A stretch of DNA of 60,224 nt, filler included, from 3 parts of 3 records of this genome joined end to end with filler, not necessarily neighbours in it, one strand, 5' to 3'. Counted from the whole stretch's first letter, positions 1-10,701 are shown. Program-made: numbers and translations. Notes: generated from the letters alone by a model not told the origin.

Positions 1-4
1 ACAA

Positions 5-30
5 AAAAACACCTCAATTGAGGTGTTTTT
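5..30 (-). terminator. Intrinsic terminator of the suf operon
   Basis: Perfect palindrome AAAAACACCTCAATTGAGGTGTTTTT just past the sufS stop, giving a stem-loop with a U-tract on the minus strand. Confidence 0.8.
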
Positions 31-56
31 AGTCTATTCTTTTTATTGTCAGGAAG

Positions 57-1271
57 TTAGGACAACATCATAATTGCCTTTTTTAAGGATGCAATGAAAG
101 TATCGATTTCTTGTTTTGTGTTGTAAAACATAAATGATGCTCTTATGGTACCAGGTATTTTATAAAAATCCATAATTGGTTGTGCACAATGGTGACCAGT
201 ACGTATAGCTATACCCATTTTGTCTAATATTGTACCAATATCGTAAGGATGAATTGCACCAACATTAAATGAGATGACAGAGGTTTTGTGTTTTGCTGTA
301 CCATATATTTTCAACCCATCAATTTTTAATAATTCATTTGTAGCGTACTCTAACAGCATATTTTCGTAGGCTGCGATATTTTCAAATCCAATAGAATTCA
401 TGTAATCTAATGCAGCACCAAATGCAATACCTCCACATACGTTTGGCGTACCAGCTTCAAATTTATGAGGTAAGTCTGCATAAGTAGTTTTTTCGAATGA
501 TACTTCTGCAATCATTTCTCCTCCTCCTTGATATGGTGGTAATTTTTTGAGCCATTCTTCTTTCCCATACAACATGCCAATACCAGTAGGGCCACAAATT
601 TTATGCGCTGAGCAAACATAGAAATCTACATCTAAGGCTTGAACATCTGGTTTTAAGTGTGGGCAAGATTGTGCTCCATCCACTAATACGGCTGCACCAA
701 CACTATGTGCTTTTTTAATTATATGCTCAATGGGATTTATTGTTCCCAAGGCATTAGAAATGTGGTTTACAAAAACAAGTTTTGTATTAGTATTTAATAG
801 AGCTTCAAATTCAGATAGAATAAGTTCTCCTTCTTCATTCATAGGTATAACCTTAAGGCTTGCTCTTGTGCGCTCACATAACATTTGCCAAGGCACAATA
901 TTACTATGATGCTCAAGAGCTGAAACTAATACTTCATCTCCTTTTCTTAATAAAGAGGCAAAGCCGTTTGCTACTAAATTTATACTATGTGTAGTGCCGG
1001 ACGTATATATAATTTCATGCGTATGAGCTGCATTGAAATGCCTTTGTATTTTTTTCCGAGCTTGTTCGTATGCATCAGTTGCTTCTTGACTCAAGGCATG
1101 TACACCTCTATGAATATTGGCATTATAATTACTATAATAATCTACGATTACATCAATAACTTGTTGAGGTGTCTGTGATGTTGCCGCATTATCAAAATAG
1201 ATTAGAGGCTTTCCATTTACCTCTCTCTTCAGTATAGGAAAATCCTCTCTAATTTGATTTACATCAATCAT
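57..1271 (-). CDS. sufS: Cysteine desulfurase SufS (ORF open to 1295; ATG at 1271 more likely)
   Basis: YFDNAATSQ, EHHSNIVPW, SAHK (PLP lysine) and RTGHHCA motifs; last gene of suf operon. Confidence 0.95.
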   Translation of the reverse strand: MIDVNQIREDFPILKREVNGKPLIYFDNAATSQTPQQVIDVIVDYYSNYNANIHRGVHALSQEATDAYEQARKKIQRHFNAAHTHEIIYTSGTTHSINLVANGFASLLRKGDEVLVSALEHHSNIVPWQMLCERTRASLKVIPMNEEGELILSEFEALLNTNTKLVFVNHISNALGTINPIEHIIKKAHSVGAAVLVDGAQSCPHLKPDVQALDVDFYVCSAHKICGPTGIGMLYGKEEWLKKLPPYQGGGEMIAEVSFEKTTYADLPHKFEAGTPNVCGGIAFGAALDYMNSIGFENIAAYENMLLEYATNELLKIDGLKIYGTAKHKTSVISFNVGAIHPYDIGTILDKMGIAIRTGHHCAQPIMDFYKIPGTIRASFMFYNTKQEIDTFIASLKKAIMMLS

Positions 1272-1295
1272 TATTTTCTTATCAGTCAATATCAT

Positions 1296-2609
1296 TTACA
1301 AATCAAACCCAATATTAACTCCCAATTTATTGGCAATTAACTTTGTAATTCTACTTTTTATCTCTGGAATTTTAACAGAATCTAATACATTATTACTAAA
1401 AGCAAACATTAATAAAGCTCTGGCTTCTTTCTCTGGTATACCACGAGAGCGCAGGTAAAACATTGCACTTTCATCTAACTGTCCGATGGTACAACCATGA
1501 GAACATTTTACATCATCTGCAAAAATTTCTAACTGAGGTTTTGTGTTTATACTCGCTTTATCGCTAATTAGAATATTGTTATTTGCTTGAAATGCATTTG
1601 TCTTCTGAGCTTCTTTCTCTACGACAACTTTACCATTAAATACTCCAGTTGATCTATCATTAAAGATACCTTTGTAGTCTTGGTGACTCTCGCAATTTGG
1701 TTCTATATGATGTACTAGCGTATTGTGATCTACATGTTGTTTATCACCAATAATGGTAATTCCTTTCATTGTAGAATCTATTCGCTCACCATTTTGATAA
1801 AAGTTAAGATTGTTTCTTACTAATTTACCACCAAATGAAAACGTATGTACTTTTGCGATACTCTCTTGCTTCTGGTTTACAAAAGTATTATCAATTAAAG
1901 AGGCTGTTTGTCTGTCGTTCTGTATTTTGTAGTAGTCTACTATGGCGCGCTTATTTGTAAAAATTTCAGTAACACTATTGGTTAGAACCGGATTATCAGT
2001 TAGACTCTGATGACGTTCAATAATTTGAACATGAGAGTTTTCATCAACCACTACTAAATTACGCGGTTGTAGCATTAGTGCGGCTTCATTCCCTGTTGAA
2101 AAATGAATAATTTGAATTGGTTTTTCAACCAACTTGTTCTTTGGTATATGTATATAAGCACCTTCTGCTGAAAATGCTGTATTCAATGAAGAAAGTCCTC
2201 CTTTTTCAGCAACTTTATTAAAATAATTTTCAATGACAAGTCTATATTTAGGCTTAGAAAGTGCTGCTGACATTAAGCAAACATCTATACCATCATGCGT
2301 GGTTTGAGATAGGTGAGAAGAGTACTTGCCGTCAATGAATATGATTTTATAAGAATCAATATCATGGATAAAGTACTTTTTTACATCCTTAAATTCTAAA
2401 GCATTTTCGTGTTTCGGAAAAACACTGTAATCATGCTTAAGTACAGAATTTAATGATGTATACTTCCATGCTTCTTGTCGCTTACTAGGGAAACCTTCAA
2501 CCTCAAACGTTTTAATAGCTTCCGTTCTAATATCATGCACAGGAGAATCAATATCTACTGTGTTTTCAAAAGCCATAAAAGAGGATACTAACTTTTCTTT
2601 TAATTCCAT
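1296..2609 (-). CDS. sufD: Fe-S cluster assembly protein SufD
   Basis: PQLEIFADDVKCSHG and FYLRSRGI motifs; between sufC and sufS. Confidence 0.95.
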   Translation of the reverse strand: MELKEKLVSSFMAFENTVDIDSPVHDIRTEAIKTFEVEGFPSKRQEAWKYTSLNSVLKHDYSVFPKHENALEFKDVKKYFIHDIDSYKIIFIDGKYSSHLSQTTHDGIDVCLMSAALSKPKYRLVIENYFNKVAEKGGLSSLNTAFSAEGAYIHIPKNKLVEKPIQIIHFSTGNEAALMLQPRNLVVVDENSHVQIIERHQSLTDNPVLTNSVTEIFTNKRAIVDYYKIQNDRQTASLIDNTFVNQKQESIAKVHTFSFGGKLVRNNLNFYQNGERIDSTMKGITIIGDKQHVDHNTLVHHIEPNCESHQDYKGIFNDRSTGVFNGKVVVEKEAQKTNAFQANNNILISDKASINTKPQLEIFADDVKCSHGCTIGQLDESAMFYLRSRGIPEKEARALLMFAFSNNVLDSVKIPEIKSRITKLIANKLGVNIGFDL

Positions 2610-2620
2610 TTGCTTAATTT

Positions 2621-3373
2621 TTAAGCGTTTACTTCTTCTTTAATCCAATCGTAACCTTTGGCTTCTAACTCGTGTGCTAGTTCTTTTGTGCCAGACTTAA
2701 CAATACGTCCATTATGAAGTACGTGTACAAAATCTGGTACTATATAATCTAAAAGTCTTTGATAATGAGTTATTACAATTACGGCATTGTCTTTAGATTT
2801 TAACTTGTTTACACCATTAGCAACTATGCGAAGTGCATCAATATCTAAACCAGAATCTGTTTCGTCTAATATGGCCAATTTAGGTTCTAACATAGCCATT
2901 TGAAAAATCTCATTTCGTTTCTTTTCACCACCAGAAAAACCTTCATTTAGAGAACGTGATAAGAACTTTCTATCGATTTCTAACATTTCGGATTTCTCAC
3001 GAATCATTTTCAGCATTTCATTAGCTGGCATGTCTTCAAGACCTTTTGCTTTACGCGTCTCATTAATAGCGGTTTTCATGAAGTTAGTAACACTAACTCC
3101 AGGAATTTCTACTGGATATTGAAACGATAAAAACACACCTTTGTGTGCGCGTTCTTCAGCTGAAAGTTCATCAATATTTTCACCTTCAAGTAATATTTCA
3201 CCTTCATCAACCTCATATTCCTCTTTACCCGCAACAACGGATGCCAATGTACTCTTACCTGAACCATTAGGTCCCATAATGGCATGTACTTCGCCTGGTT
3301 TAACATCAAGGTTAATACCTTTTAAAATTGCCTTGTCTTCTACACTTGCGTGTAAGTTATTTATCTTTAACAT
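2621..3373 (-). CDS. sufC: Fe-S cluster assembly ATPase SufC
   Basis: GPNGSGKST Walker [23 protein letters not shown]. Confidence 0.97.
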   Translation of the reverse strand: MLKINNLHASVEDKAILKGINLDVKPGEVHAIMGPNGSGKSTLASVVAGKEEYEVDEGEILLEGENIDELSAEERAHKGVFLSFQYPVEIPGVSVTNFMKTAINETRKAKGLEDMPANEMLKMIREKSEMLEIDRKFLSRSLNEGFSGGEKKRNEIFQMAMLEPKLAILDETDSGLDIDALRIVANGVNKLKSKDNAVIVITHYQRLLDYIVPDFVHVLHNGRIVKSGTKELAHELEAKGYDWIKEEVNA

Positions 3374-3377
3374 AGTC

Positions 3378-3794
3378 TTAATTTGCTAATTTTATAACGT
3401 CATCTTTATTCTTATCAGGTACTTCGACCTTTAGAATTTCTTTTATTTCTACCATATATGGCCATGCACTATTCTTATCCGTGTTTACCATTTTTTTAAC
3501 ACGAACAGTAACATTCACCATATCGTAAATATCTGTTTTTAAGGGCTCAACCTGCTTATTAAGAATCTTCATATTATCATCTACTACAACACTATAAACC
3601 GTATTATCGTTTTTTTGGATTACGGCAGCATTTTTTGCTTCGTCAAAAACAAAGTCGCCTCTTATTGTAATAAAACCATCATTCTGATTATACGACTTAG
3701 ACCTGTTTTCTTCGAGATTTACTTCTTGTTTTGCCTCATTTTTACAAGCAAGGGCAAGGACACAAAAGATTAAGATGAGATTTATTTTTTTCAT
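3378..3794 (-). CDS. Hypothetical lipoprotein, possibly NlpE C-terminal OB-fold-like
   Basis: Lipobox LALAC after MKK/hydrophobic N-terminus; in operon spacing between sufB and sufC. Confidence 0.7.
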   Translation of the reverse strand: MKKINLILIFCVLALACKNEAKQEVNLEENRSKSYNQNDGFITIRGDFVFDEAKNAAVIQKNDNTVYSVVVDDNMKILNKQVEPLKTDIYDMVNVTVRVKKMVNTDKNSAWPYMVEIKEILKVEVPDKNKDDVIKLAN

Positions 3795-3804
3795 TGTAAT
3801 ATTT

Positions 3805-5253
3805 TTAACCTACAGAACCTTCTAAACTGATTTCTAATAATTTTTGAGCTTCTACTGCAAACTCCATTGGTAATTTGTTTAAAACCTCTTTACTAAATCC
3901 ATTAACGATTAGGGCAATTGCCTTCTCTGTATCGATACCACGTTGGTTACAGTAAAAAATTTGATCTTCACCAATTTTACTGGTTGTAGCTTCATGTTCT
4001 ATCTGTGCAGATTTGTTTTTGGCTTCTATGTATGGAAATGTATGTGCTCCACACTCATTACCCATTAATAAACTATCACATTGAGAAAAGTTACGTGCGT
4101 TTTTAGCTCTAGAGTTAATTTGCACTAATCCACGATATGAGTTTTGTGATTTACCAGCGGAGATACCTTTAGAAATTATTGTAGATTTTGTGTTTTTACC
4201 TAAATGAATCATTTTGGTACCAGTATCTGCTTGCTGATAGTTATTTGTAACTGCAATAGAATAAAATTCACCTACGGAATTATCACCTTTCAACACACAA
4301 GATGGATATTTCCAGGTTACAGCAGAACCAGTTTCAACTTGGGTCCAAGATATTTTTGCATTGTCTTCACAAAGCCCTCTTTTAGTTACAAAATTATAAA
4401 CACCACCTTTGCCTTCTGCATTTCCAGGAAACCAGTTTTGCACTGTAGAATATTTTATTTCTGAATCATCGAGAGCAATTAACTCAACTACAGCTGCGTG
4501 TAACTGGTTTTCATCTCTACTTGGTGCTGTACAACCTTCTAGATAACTTACATAACTACCTTCATCTGCAATTACTAGAGTTCTTTCAAACTGTCCTGTC
4601 CCTGCTTGATTAATTCTGAAATATGTGGAAAGTTCCATTGGGCAACGTACTCCTTTTGGTATGTAACAGAAACTTCCATCACTAAATACCGCAGAATTTA
4701 AAGCCGCATAGAAATTATCTTTTTGCGGTACAACTGTACCTATGTACTTTTTTACTAATTCTGGGTGCTCTTGGATAGCTTCAGAAATACTCATAAAAAT
4801 GATGCCTTTCTCCGCTAAGGTTTTTTTAAATGTAGTGGCAACAGAAACAGAGTCAACAACAACATCCATGGCAACACCAGCCAGTTTTTTCTGCTCGTTT
4901 AGAGAAATTCCTAGTTTTTCAAAAGTGGCTAATAATTCAGGATCTACTTCATCTAAACTATCGTACTTTGGCTTGCTATTTGGAGCCGAATAATACGAAA
5001 TAGCTTGAAAATCTGGTTTTTCATAATGTACATTTGCCCATTCTGGCTCAGTCATTTCTTTCCAGATTTTAAAAGCTTCTAATCTCCATTCTGTCATCCA
5101 TTCTGGTTCGTTTTTCTTTTTAGAGATTGCTTTTACAATATCTTCATTTAAACCATTTGGAAACGTTTCAGATTCTATATCAGTATAAAAACCATATTCA
5201 TATTCCTTGGTTTTTAACTCTTCTCTTAAATCGTCTTCAGTATATTTTGACAT
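3805..5253 (-). CDS. sufB: Fe-S cluster assembly protein SufB
   Basis: [48 protein letters not shown]. Confidence 0.97.
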   Translation of the reverse strand: MSKYTEDDLREELKTKEYEYGFYTDIESETFPNGLNEDIVKAISKKKNEPEWMTEWRLEAFKIWKEMTEPEWANVHYEKPDFQAISYYSAPNSKPKYDSLDEVDPELLATFEKLGISLNEQKKLAGVAMDVVVDSVSVATTFKKTLAEKGIIFMSISEAIQEHPELVKKYIGTVVPQKDNFYAALNSAVFSDGSFCYIPKGVRCPMELSTYFRINQAGTGQFERTLVIADEGSYVSYLEGCTAPSRDENQLHAAVVELIALDDSEIKYSTVQNWFPGNAEGKGGVYNFVTKRGLCEDNAKISWTQVETGSAVTWKYPSCVLKGDNSVGEFYSIAVTNNYQQADTGTKMIHLGKNTKSTIISKGISAGKSQNSYRGLVQINSRAKNARNFSQCDSLLMGNECGAHTFPYIEAKNKSAQIEHEATTSKIGEDQIFYCNQRGIDTEKAIALIVNGFSKEVLNKLPMEFAVEAQKLLEISLEGSVG

Positions 5254-5268
5254 CTTTTTCTAATTTTT

Positions 5269-5598
5269 TTAAAGTGAAAATGATTCACCACAACCACAAG
5301 TTCTATTTGCATTAGGATTATTAAAAACAAAACCAGACCCATTTAAACCACCAGAATATTCTAGCGTTGTACCAATGAGATACAGGAAACTTTTTTTATC
5401 TACAATAATTTTTATGCCGTTATCTTCAAAGACCTTATCGTCTTCTACTTGTGAGTTATCAAATTTTAAGTCGTAAGACAAACCAGAACAACCACCACTT
5501 TTAACACCAACTCTAACAAAATCAGTGTCAGGATTATAGCCGTCGTCAGTCATTAGCTCAATGACCTTTTTCTTTGCTTGTTCCGAGACTTTAATCAT
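5269..5598 (-). CDS. sufA: HesB/IscA/SufA family A-type Fe-S carrier
   Basis: GGCSG and CGCGESF motifs; first gene of suf operon. Confidence 0.9.
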   Translation of the reverse strand: MIKVSEQAKKKVIELMTDDGYNPDTDFVRVGVKSGGCSGLSYDLKFDNSQVEDDKVFEDNGIKIIVDKKSFLYLIGTTLEYSGGLNGSGFVFNNPNANRTCGCGESFSL

Positions 5599-5604
5599 AA
5601 TTCT

Positions 5605-5625
5605 TAACTAGATTAGTTCTAAATA
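5605..5625. promoter_or_regulatory. Putative Fur-like operator upstream of sufA
   Basis: Minus strand TATTTAGA-ACTAA-TCTAGTTA imperfect palindrome between promoter and ATG; related sequence upstream of sdhC. Confidence 0.5.
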
Positions 5626-5630
5626 GAATG

Positions 5631-5638
5631 CAAAGATA
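5631..5638 (-). promoter_or_regulatory. Bacteroidota housekeeping promoter -7 element for suf operon
   Basis: TATCTTTG matches TAnnTTTG consensus about 33 nt upstream of the sufA ATG. Confidence 0.7.
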
Positions 5639-5733
5639 CAATATAACACAACTTAAACCATATTTGCTAACATTATATTAGCATATGATTTAATAGGATT
5701 TACCTATGGAAATAAATGACTGTTTTGAGCTAA

Positions 5734-5973
5734 CTAAGAGCTCAATTTTAAGCGTGACAAACCTAGTCTAAGATGATATAATTCTCTTAGTGTTGATTGA
5801 ATTTCTGAACTTGTAATTTTGGTTTCAATAAAATTGCCATTAGCATCTGTTTGTAAAACAGTACCACAATTACAGCATTTTAATTCTGTTGAAGATTTAG
5901 ATGACGTTTTGGATTTCACATAATTGTGACCAAAAACGGCACACGAAAGCGCGTTGTCAGGTGTAGGTTTCAT
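5734..5973 (-). CDS. Small Cys/His protein (DUF1660-like, putative zinc finger), paralog 1
   Basis: CAVFGHNY...KCCNCG...TDANGN; clearly similar to 11848-12078 and 12159-12401. Confidence 0.75.
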   Translation of the reverse strand: MKPTPDNALSCAVFGHNYVKSKTSSKSSTELKCCNCGTVLQTDANGNFIETKITSSEIQSTLRELYHLRLGLSRLKLSS

Positions 5974-6042
5974 CTATAATTAGTTTTGGGATTATTAATT
6001 TAGCGAAAAACGATATTATAATTGCAAGATTCTTCTCACTTT

Positions 6043-6053
6043 TCGATGAAATG
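6043..6053 (-). promoter_or_regulatory. Shared upstream motif TCGATRAAMYG, copy 1
   Basis: TCGATGAAATG (plus strand), about 40 nt upstream of a TAAATTAA -7-like element; same arrangement before all three paralogs. Confidence 0.5.
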
Positions 6054-6082
6054 CACTCAATTTTAGTAAAATAGCTTTTATA

Positions 6083-7144
6083 TTAATCCTGAAAATCTGG
6101 ATTATTAATAAATGAGGGATCTGTGAGTGTTAATAAAAAGGCCTTTAAATCTGCTTTTTCCTGAGTGGTTAATTGCACGCCACCTTCATCAATTTTTTTC
6201 ATCAATGGATCTATTGTAGGAGAGTTTTGCAAACCTTCGCTATAGTGATCAATAACTTCATCTAGCGTTGCAAATCTACCATCGTGCATATAAGGTGCAG
6301 AATACAATAAATTGCGTAATGATGGTGTTCTAAATTTGCCGTTATCATTAGGGGCTCCAGTAACTTCACCTAAGCCTAAATCACTAAATGTAGCATCTAA
6401 TCCATTATTATGGAAATCATTATCTGTCCATAACGGATTATTAGGGTTACCATGGCAATGAAAACAATCTCCTTTGTCTTCTCTTAGAAAAATATCTAAG
6501 CCATTTAATTCTTGAGTTGTAAGTGTTTCTTGTCCTAAGCAATAGCGATCAAATTTTGAATTTGCCGAAATCAATGTTCTTTCAAACTGTGCGATGGCTT
6601 TGGTGGTTAAATCTTGTGTAATTGTGCTGGTATTGAATGCTAATCTAAACAACTCAGGATATTCAGGGTGATTTTGTAATCTGTCAATAACGTTGTCCCA
6701 GTTGCTATGCAATTCAATAGGGTTTTCTACTGGCTCCACAGCTTGTCGCTCTAAGCTTAAGGCAGATCCATCCCAATTAAAACGTTCATTGTAGTTCCAT
6801 GCTAAATTGAATATTGGCATTGAGTTTCTCGTGCCAAAAACACCATCAATACCTACACTTGTTGGAGTGTTGTCTGTAAATGTGTTTTGTGGTCTATGAC
6901 AGCTTGCGCAAGATTGGGTGCTATTTGCAGATAAAATGCGATCAAAAAACAACTTTTTGCCTAAGGCGATTCCTTCAGCGGTTTGTGGATTATCGCTAGG
7001 AATAACTGGTGAAATAATGTTTTCTGCAAATAATTCTGGTATATCTAAGGATTGAGGTGTTGCTTCGTAACCATTGCTATCATCACTAGAACAACTCATT
7101 GAGAGCAATGCCAAACAAATGATATGTAACCAATAACGCTCCAT
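6083..7144 (-). CDS. Di-heme cytochrome c peroxidase/MauG family lipoprotein, MbnH-like
   Basis: Two CxxCH motifs (CASCH, CFHCH), LGKKLFFD, FRTPSLRN..APYMHDG, lipobox LSMSC; directly downstream of MbnP-like gene. Confidence 0.9.
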   Translation of the reverse strand: MERYWLHIICLALLSMSCSSDDSNGYEATPQSLDIPELFAENIISPVIPSDNPQTAEGIALGKKLFFDRILSANSTQSCASCHRPQNTFTDNTPTSVGIDGVFGTRNSMPIFNLAWNYNERFNWDGSALSLERQAVEPVENPIELHSNWDNVIDRLQNHPEYPELFRLAFNTSTITQDLTTKAIAQFERTLISANSKFDRYCLGQETLTTQELNGLDIFLREDKGDCFHCHGNPNNPLWTDNDFHNNGLDATFSDLGLGEVTGAPNDNGKFRTPSLRNLLYSAPYMHDGRFATLDEVIDHYSEGLQNSPTIDPLMKKIDEGGVQLTTQEKADLKAFLLTLTDPSFINNPDFQD

Positions 7145-7920
7145 TAATCTTCCATATTCTGTAATACACTGTTTAGGCTAAATACACTTTGACCATTCTC
7201 ATACATCAATATTTGGGCCGCAGAATTTGGCATTAACATCTGGTTTAAATCATTGAGATTCCAAAGATTAGGATTTTTAAACCATTCTGAGATATCCATA
7301 GAAACTCTAATCTCAGAATCAAGCGAAAGATCAATAGTTCCCAAATCAACTTCAAAAAAAGTGTCTTGTGGAAAGGTTGGATTTGGCCCTGGATTATCAA
7401 CCGCTCTTATGGCATGGTAATTATAACCTTGTTCTTCATTGTTATTATTTATGAACTTACCATCTAATTGCATGTAGTGGTATCCACCACCTAACATATC
7501 AGGAACGTTAAACGAGGCTGAATTTAAATCTGGGTAATTTTCTGAATTGTCTTCATTATCTAACCCAAAAGTAAAGGTAACATTGTAGGTGCCAGCAGGT
7601 ATTTCTGTTTCTGGTTTAAATTCTAAATTATTATTGGTAACATCTACTAAGTTGTGAATATCTAGAACAATAGGATCACCTGTAAGTGGTGTAAATGTAA
7701 TATCTGAAACGATATACCTCAATCGTTCAATGCTCATTAAATCTCCATTAGCGTTAGAATATTGTATAGCATTAAAATTAATATTAGAAACTATAGCGCC
7801 GTTCCAGTAATGAATGAATGAAAAAGTGGTAGATATTTTTTCGGTTTCATCATTATCGTCACTATTACTGCAAGAAAATCCTAAGAAGGCTAACGCAATT
7901 AACACTATTATTTTTTTCAT
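7144..7920 (-). CDS. MbnP family lipoprotein
   Basis: Lipobox GFSC; RLRYIVSDI, FTFGLD, GGGYHYMQLDG, YH motifs; translationally coupled (TAATG) to MbnH-like gene. Confidence 0.75.
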   Translation of the reverse strand: MKKIIVLIALAFLGFSCSNSDDNDETEKISTTFSFIHYWNGAIVSNINFNAIQYSNANGDLMSIERLRYIVSDITFTPLTGDPIVLDIHNLVDVTNNNLEFKPETEIPAGTYNVTFTFGLDNEDNSENYPDLNSASFNVPDMLGGGYHYMQLDGKFINNNNEEQGYNYHAIRAVDNPGPNPTFPQDTFFEVDLGTIDLSLDSEIRVSMDISEWFKNPNLWNLNDLNQMLMPNSAAQILMYENGQSVFSLNSVLQNMED

Positions 7921-7921
7921 T

Positions 7922-9253
7922 TCAATTTAGTTTTATCACTAATAAATCTTTAAATCCTTTATTTTCTATAATATCACTATCATCACTTGAGGTATCACCA
8001 ATACCGATAATAGAACCATCATTTAGCTCTGTGACTCCATAGGCAAAATCAATGTTAGAACCACCTACTGTTTTTTCCCATTGTAAGTTGCCATTTTTAT
8101 TAACCTTTACAATCCAGGCGTCATTTTGACCCTTGTTTTCGCTAACATCAATATCGCTACTTCTAGAACTACCGGCTAACAGATAATCACCATCTTGCGT
8201 TTTAACTAAGGCACGTGCTACATCAAAACTCGAGCCTCCTATAGTTTTTTCCCAAAGTAAGACTCCGTTTGGTGAAATTTTAAGAAGCCATAAATCTGCT
8301 GCTCCATTATTGCTTGAAATATCGTTATCACTACTTCTTGTATCACCTGCTATAACGTAATTACCATCATTAGATTTAACTATGGCTCTGGCTTCATCTA
8401 TTTGCTCTCCGCCAAAGGACTTTTCCCAAATTAGTTCACCGGTCGAAGAAATTTTAATTACCCAGAAATCATAGGATCCAATGTTATTAGAAATATCGGT
8501 GTCGTTACTATCTGACCCACCTACAATGATAAAACCGTTATCCTCTGTTTGTACAGCTGATTCTGGCGTATCTGTAAAATTACCTCCAAAATACTTACTC
8601 CATTCGATTTCTCCTTGAGCATTAAGTTTTAGCGCCCAGTAATCTCCACCAGCATGTCTATTGCTGTTTCTTGATGTATTACCTTGTCCACCTGAAGCGG
8701 TAACATCTAAGATGCCACTAATAAAATATCCAGAATCATTAGTTTGTATAACAGATAATCCTGAATCTGCTCCTTGATAACCAAATGACTTTTGCCACAA
8801 AATATCTCCTGATGGGTTTAGTTTAGCTAACCAATAATCTTGTAAACCAGCATTCGCTGTTACGTTGCCATCACTACTGAAACTGTGACCTAAAATAGCG
8901 TAACCGCCATCTTGAGTTTGTATAATTGAGCTACCTCTATCATCTGCTGATCCTCCATAGGTTTTGTTCCACTCAATTTCATCCTGGCTGTTAAACTTTA
9001 TAACCCAATAATCAAAACTGTCATCTTGTTTGTCTGTAATATCAAAGTCTAAACTTTGTGTATATCCTAAAATAGCATAACCACCATCACTAGTAGCTGT
9101 AATGGACTGGCCACTTTCATTGTTGCTGCCTCCAAGTGTTAAAACCGATTGAATATTGATTCGATTTGATGACGATGCAGAATCATCACTACTGCATCCT
9201 GAGAAAATTAAAGCAATGCATAAATACTGTAGGTATGACGACCATTTGAGCAT
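7922..9253 (-). CDS. Beta-propeller repeat lipoprotein
   Basis: Lipobox FSGC; about seven repeats of T.DGGY.I.G / DYW..K....G...W.K.(Y/F)GG. Confidence 0.8.
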   Translation of the reverse strand: MLKWSSYLQYLCIALIFSGCSSDDSASSSNRINIQSVLTLGGSNNESGQSITATSDGGYAILGYTQSLDFDITDKQDDSFDYWVIKFNSQDEIEWNKTYGGSADDRGSSIIQTQDGGYAILGHSFSSDGNVTANAGLQDYWLAKLNPSGDILWQKSFGYQGADSGLSVIQTNDSGYFISGILDVTASGGQGNTSRNSNRHAGGDYWALKLNAQGEIEWSKYFGGNFTDTPESAVQTEDNGFIIVGGSDSNDTDISNNIGSYDFWVIKISSTGELIWEKSFGGEQIDEARAIVKSNDGNYVIAGDTRSSDNDISSNNGAADLWLLKISPNGVLLWEKTIGGSSFDVARALVKTQDGDYLLAGSSRSSDIDVSENKGQNDAWIVKVNKNGNLQWEKTVGGSNIDFAYGVTELNDGSIIGIGDTSSDDSDIIENKGFKDLLVIKLN

Positions 9254-9255
9254 AA

Positions 9256-10701
9256 TTAATTTGTTGGTCTAATTATAAACAAGCCTCCTTCAATATCACT
9301 AACTACAATATTACCACTTTCAAAAAATGGGTAAATGTTCCAGGCACCGTGAAAATCTGTTTCATCATCTGGTATATACGTGTCAAAGAATCCTGTTTCA
9401 ACCATTACTCCAGAATCAATAGCAGAAACTTCTACAGCTCTTACACCAGCAGCATAATTTGCGATATAAAATGTATCACCGACAACATAGCCATTATGGT
9501 CAATAGATGGAGTTGGACCAAAATAATCCATATGAAAAACAGGATTATCAAGATCTGAAAAATCAAAGACGATGGTTCTGGTATTACCTCCAAAGTTAAT
9601 TTCATCTACTTCATCTCCCAATAAAAAATACTCCATATTTTCGGTAAACCAACCTTGATGTGTGTAGCCAATATCACTGTATTCAATGGTTGAGATCTGA
9701 CTTGGTGAGTTTTTATCTGTGACATCTACAATAACAACTTCATTTTCATTACTACCTATTAAAATTTCTCTACCAATATAGTCTGTATCTGGACCATTAT
9801 AGGTGACTACCTGTGCGTCATGAGAGTAAGAGTCATCGTCATATCCACCTGCAGCAGTAGGTGATGTTGGATTTTGAATATTTACAAAATGCGGCCCACC
9901 ATTAAAGGTTAGTGAACCTACAACGTAAGCATAACCACTTCCTTCATTTATAATAATATTATGTGCGCTTCCAAATTCATTATAAACAGCATCAGCTGTA
10001 AACGTTACAGGAGGATTAGTAACATTCCTTAGTCGTGTTAAATCAAAAACCTGCATGCCATGGTCAGGAGCTTCACTGACTATGAAAGCATGATTGTTAT
10101 ACGTTTTAATATCTCTCCAAAGGCTATTTGATGTTGCAGTGGCTAATGTTCCCAATAGTATAGGATTTGATGCATCTGTTATATCTACAAATGCAGAATT
10201 TGTTGTGGTGCCAACAAGGGCATATTCTTTACCTGTTTCTGGGTCAGTCCAGCCCCAAGAATCATTTCCTTCTGCTCCATCACCACCTAATATATTTACA
10301 GGAATATGACTCATTAAATCAAAGCCATTACAAGGGTGATTATTAGCAAAACCATTTATACAAGGAAATTGTGGCACAATAGTGTTATCATCACAGGCAT
10401 CACCAATACCTTCATTATCAGTGTCTTCTTGATTTGGGTTTGGAATTGTTGGACAGTTATCATTGACATCTAAAATCCCATCTCCATCATCATCCTCATC
10501 ACATGCATCACCTAAGCCATCACTATCAGTATCTATTTGATCTGTATTAGGCACATCTCTACAGTTGTCAAAAGCATTGACGATAGAATCATTATCCAGG
10601 TCTGCATTACCAGAGTTTACAGGTTCGTCTTCACTACAACTAAGGTTTAATCCAATTAGAATAATTACGAATGGTAATAAGAGTTTATTTAGGGCGTTCA
10701 T
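9256..10701 (-). CDS. Choice-of-anchor B family lipoprotein with thrombospondin type 3 (Ca-binding) repeats
   Basis: ATG at 10701 gives lipobox LNLSC; DxDxDGxGDACD and DNCP..PNP.Q.D repeats; GNDSWGWTDP, WRDIK, HGMQVFDL, YTHQGW motifs. Confidence 0.85.
   Translation of the reverse strand: MNALNKLLLPFVIILIGLNLSCSEDEPVNSGNADLDNDSIVNAFDNCRDVPNTDQIDTDSDGLGDACDEDDDGDGILDVNDNCPTIPNPNQEDTDNEGIGDACDDNTIVPQFPCINGFANNHPCNGFDLMSHIPVNILGGDGAEGNDSWGWTDPETGKEYALVGTTTNSAFVDITDASNPILLGTLATATSNSLWRDIKTYNNHAFIVSEAPDHGMQVFDLTRLRNVTNPPVTFTADAVYNEFGSAHNIIINEGSGYAYVVGSLTFNGGPHFVNIQNPTSPTAAGGYDDDSYSHDAQVVTYNGPDTDYIGREILIGSNENEVVIVDVTDKNSPSQISTIEYSDIGYTHQGWFTENMEYFLLGDEVDEINFGGNTRTIVFDFSDLDNPVFHMDYFGPTPSIDHNGYVVGDTFYIANYAAGVRAVEVSAIDSGVMVETGFFDTYIPDDETDFHGAWNIYPFFESGNIVVSDIEGGLFIIRPTN

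Noticed and set aside
6083-7920. Methanobactin biosynthetic cluster
   Set aside because: No mbnA/B/C-like genes or receptor; only an MbnPH-like pair
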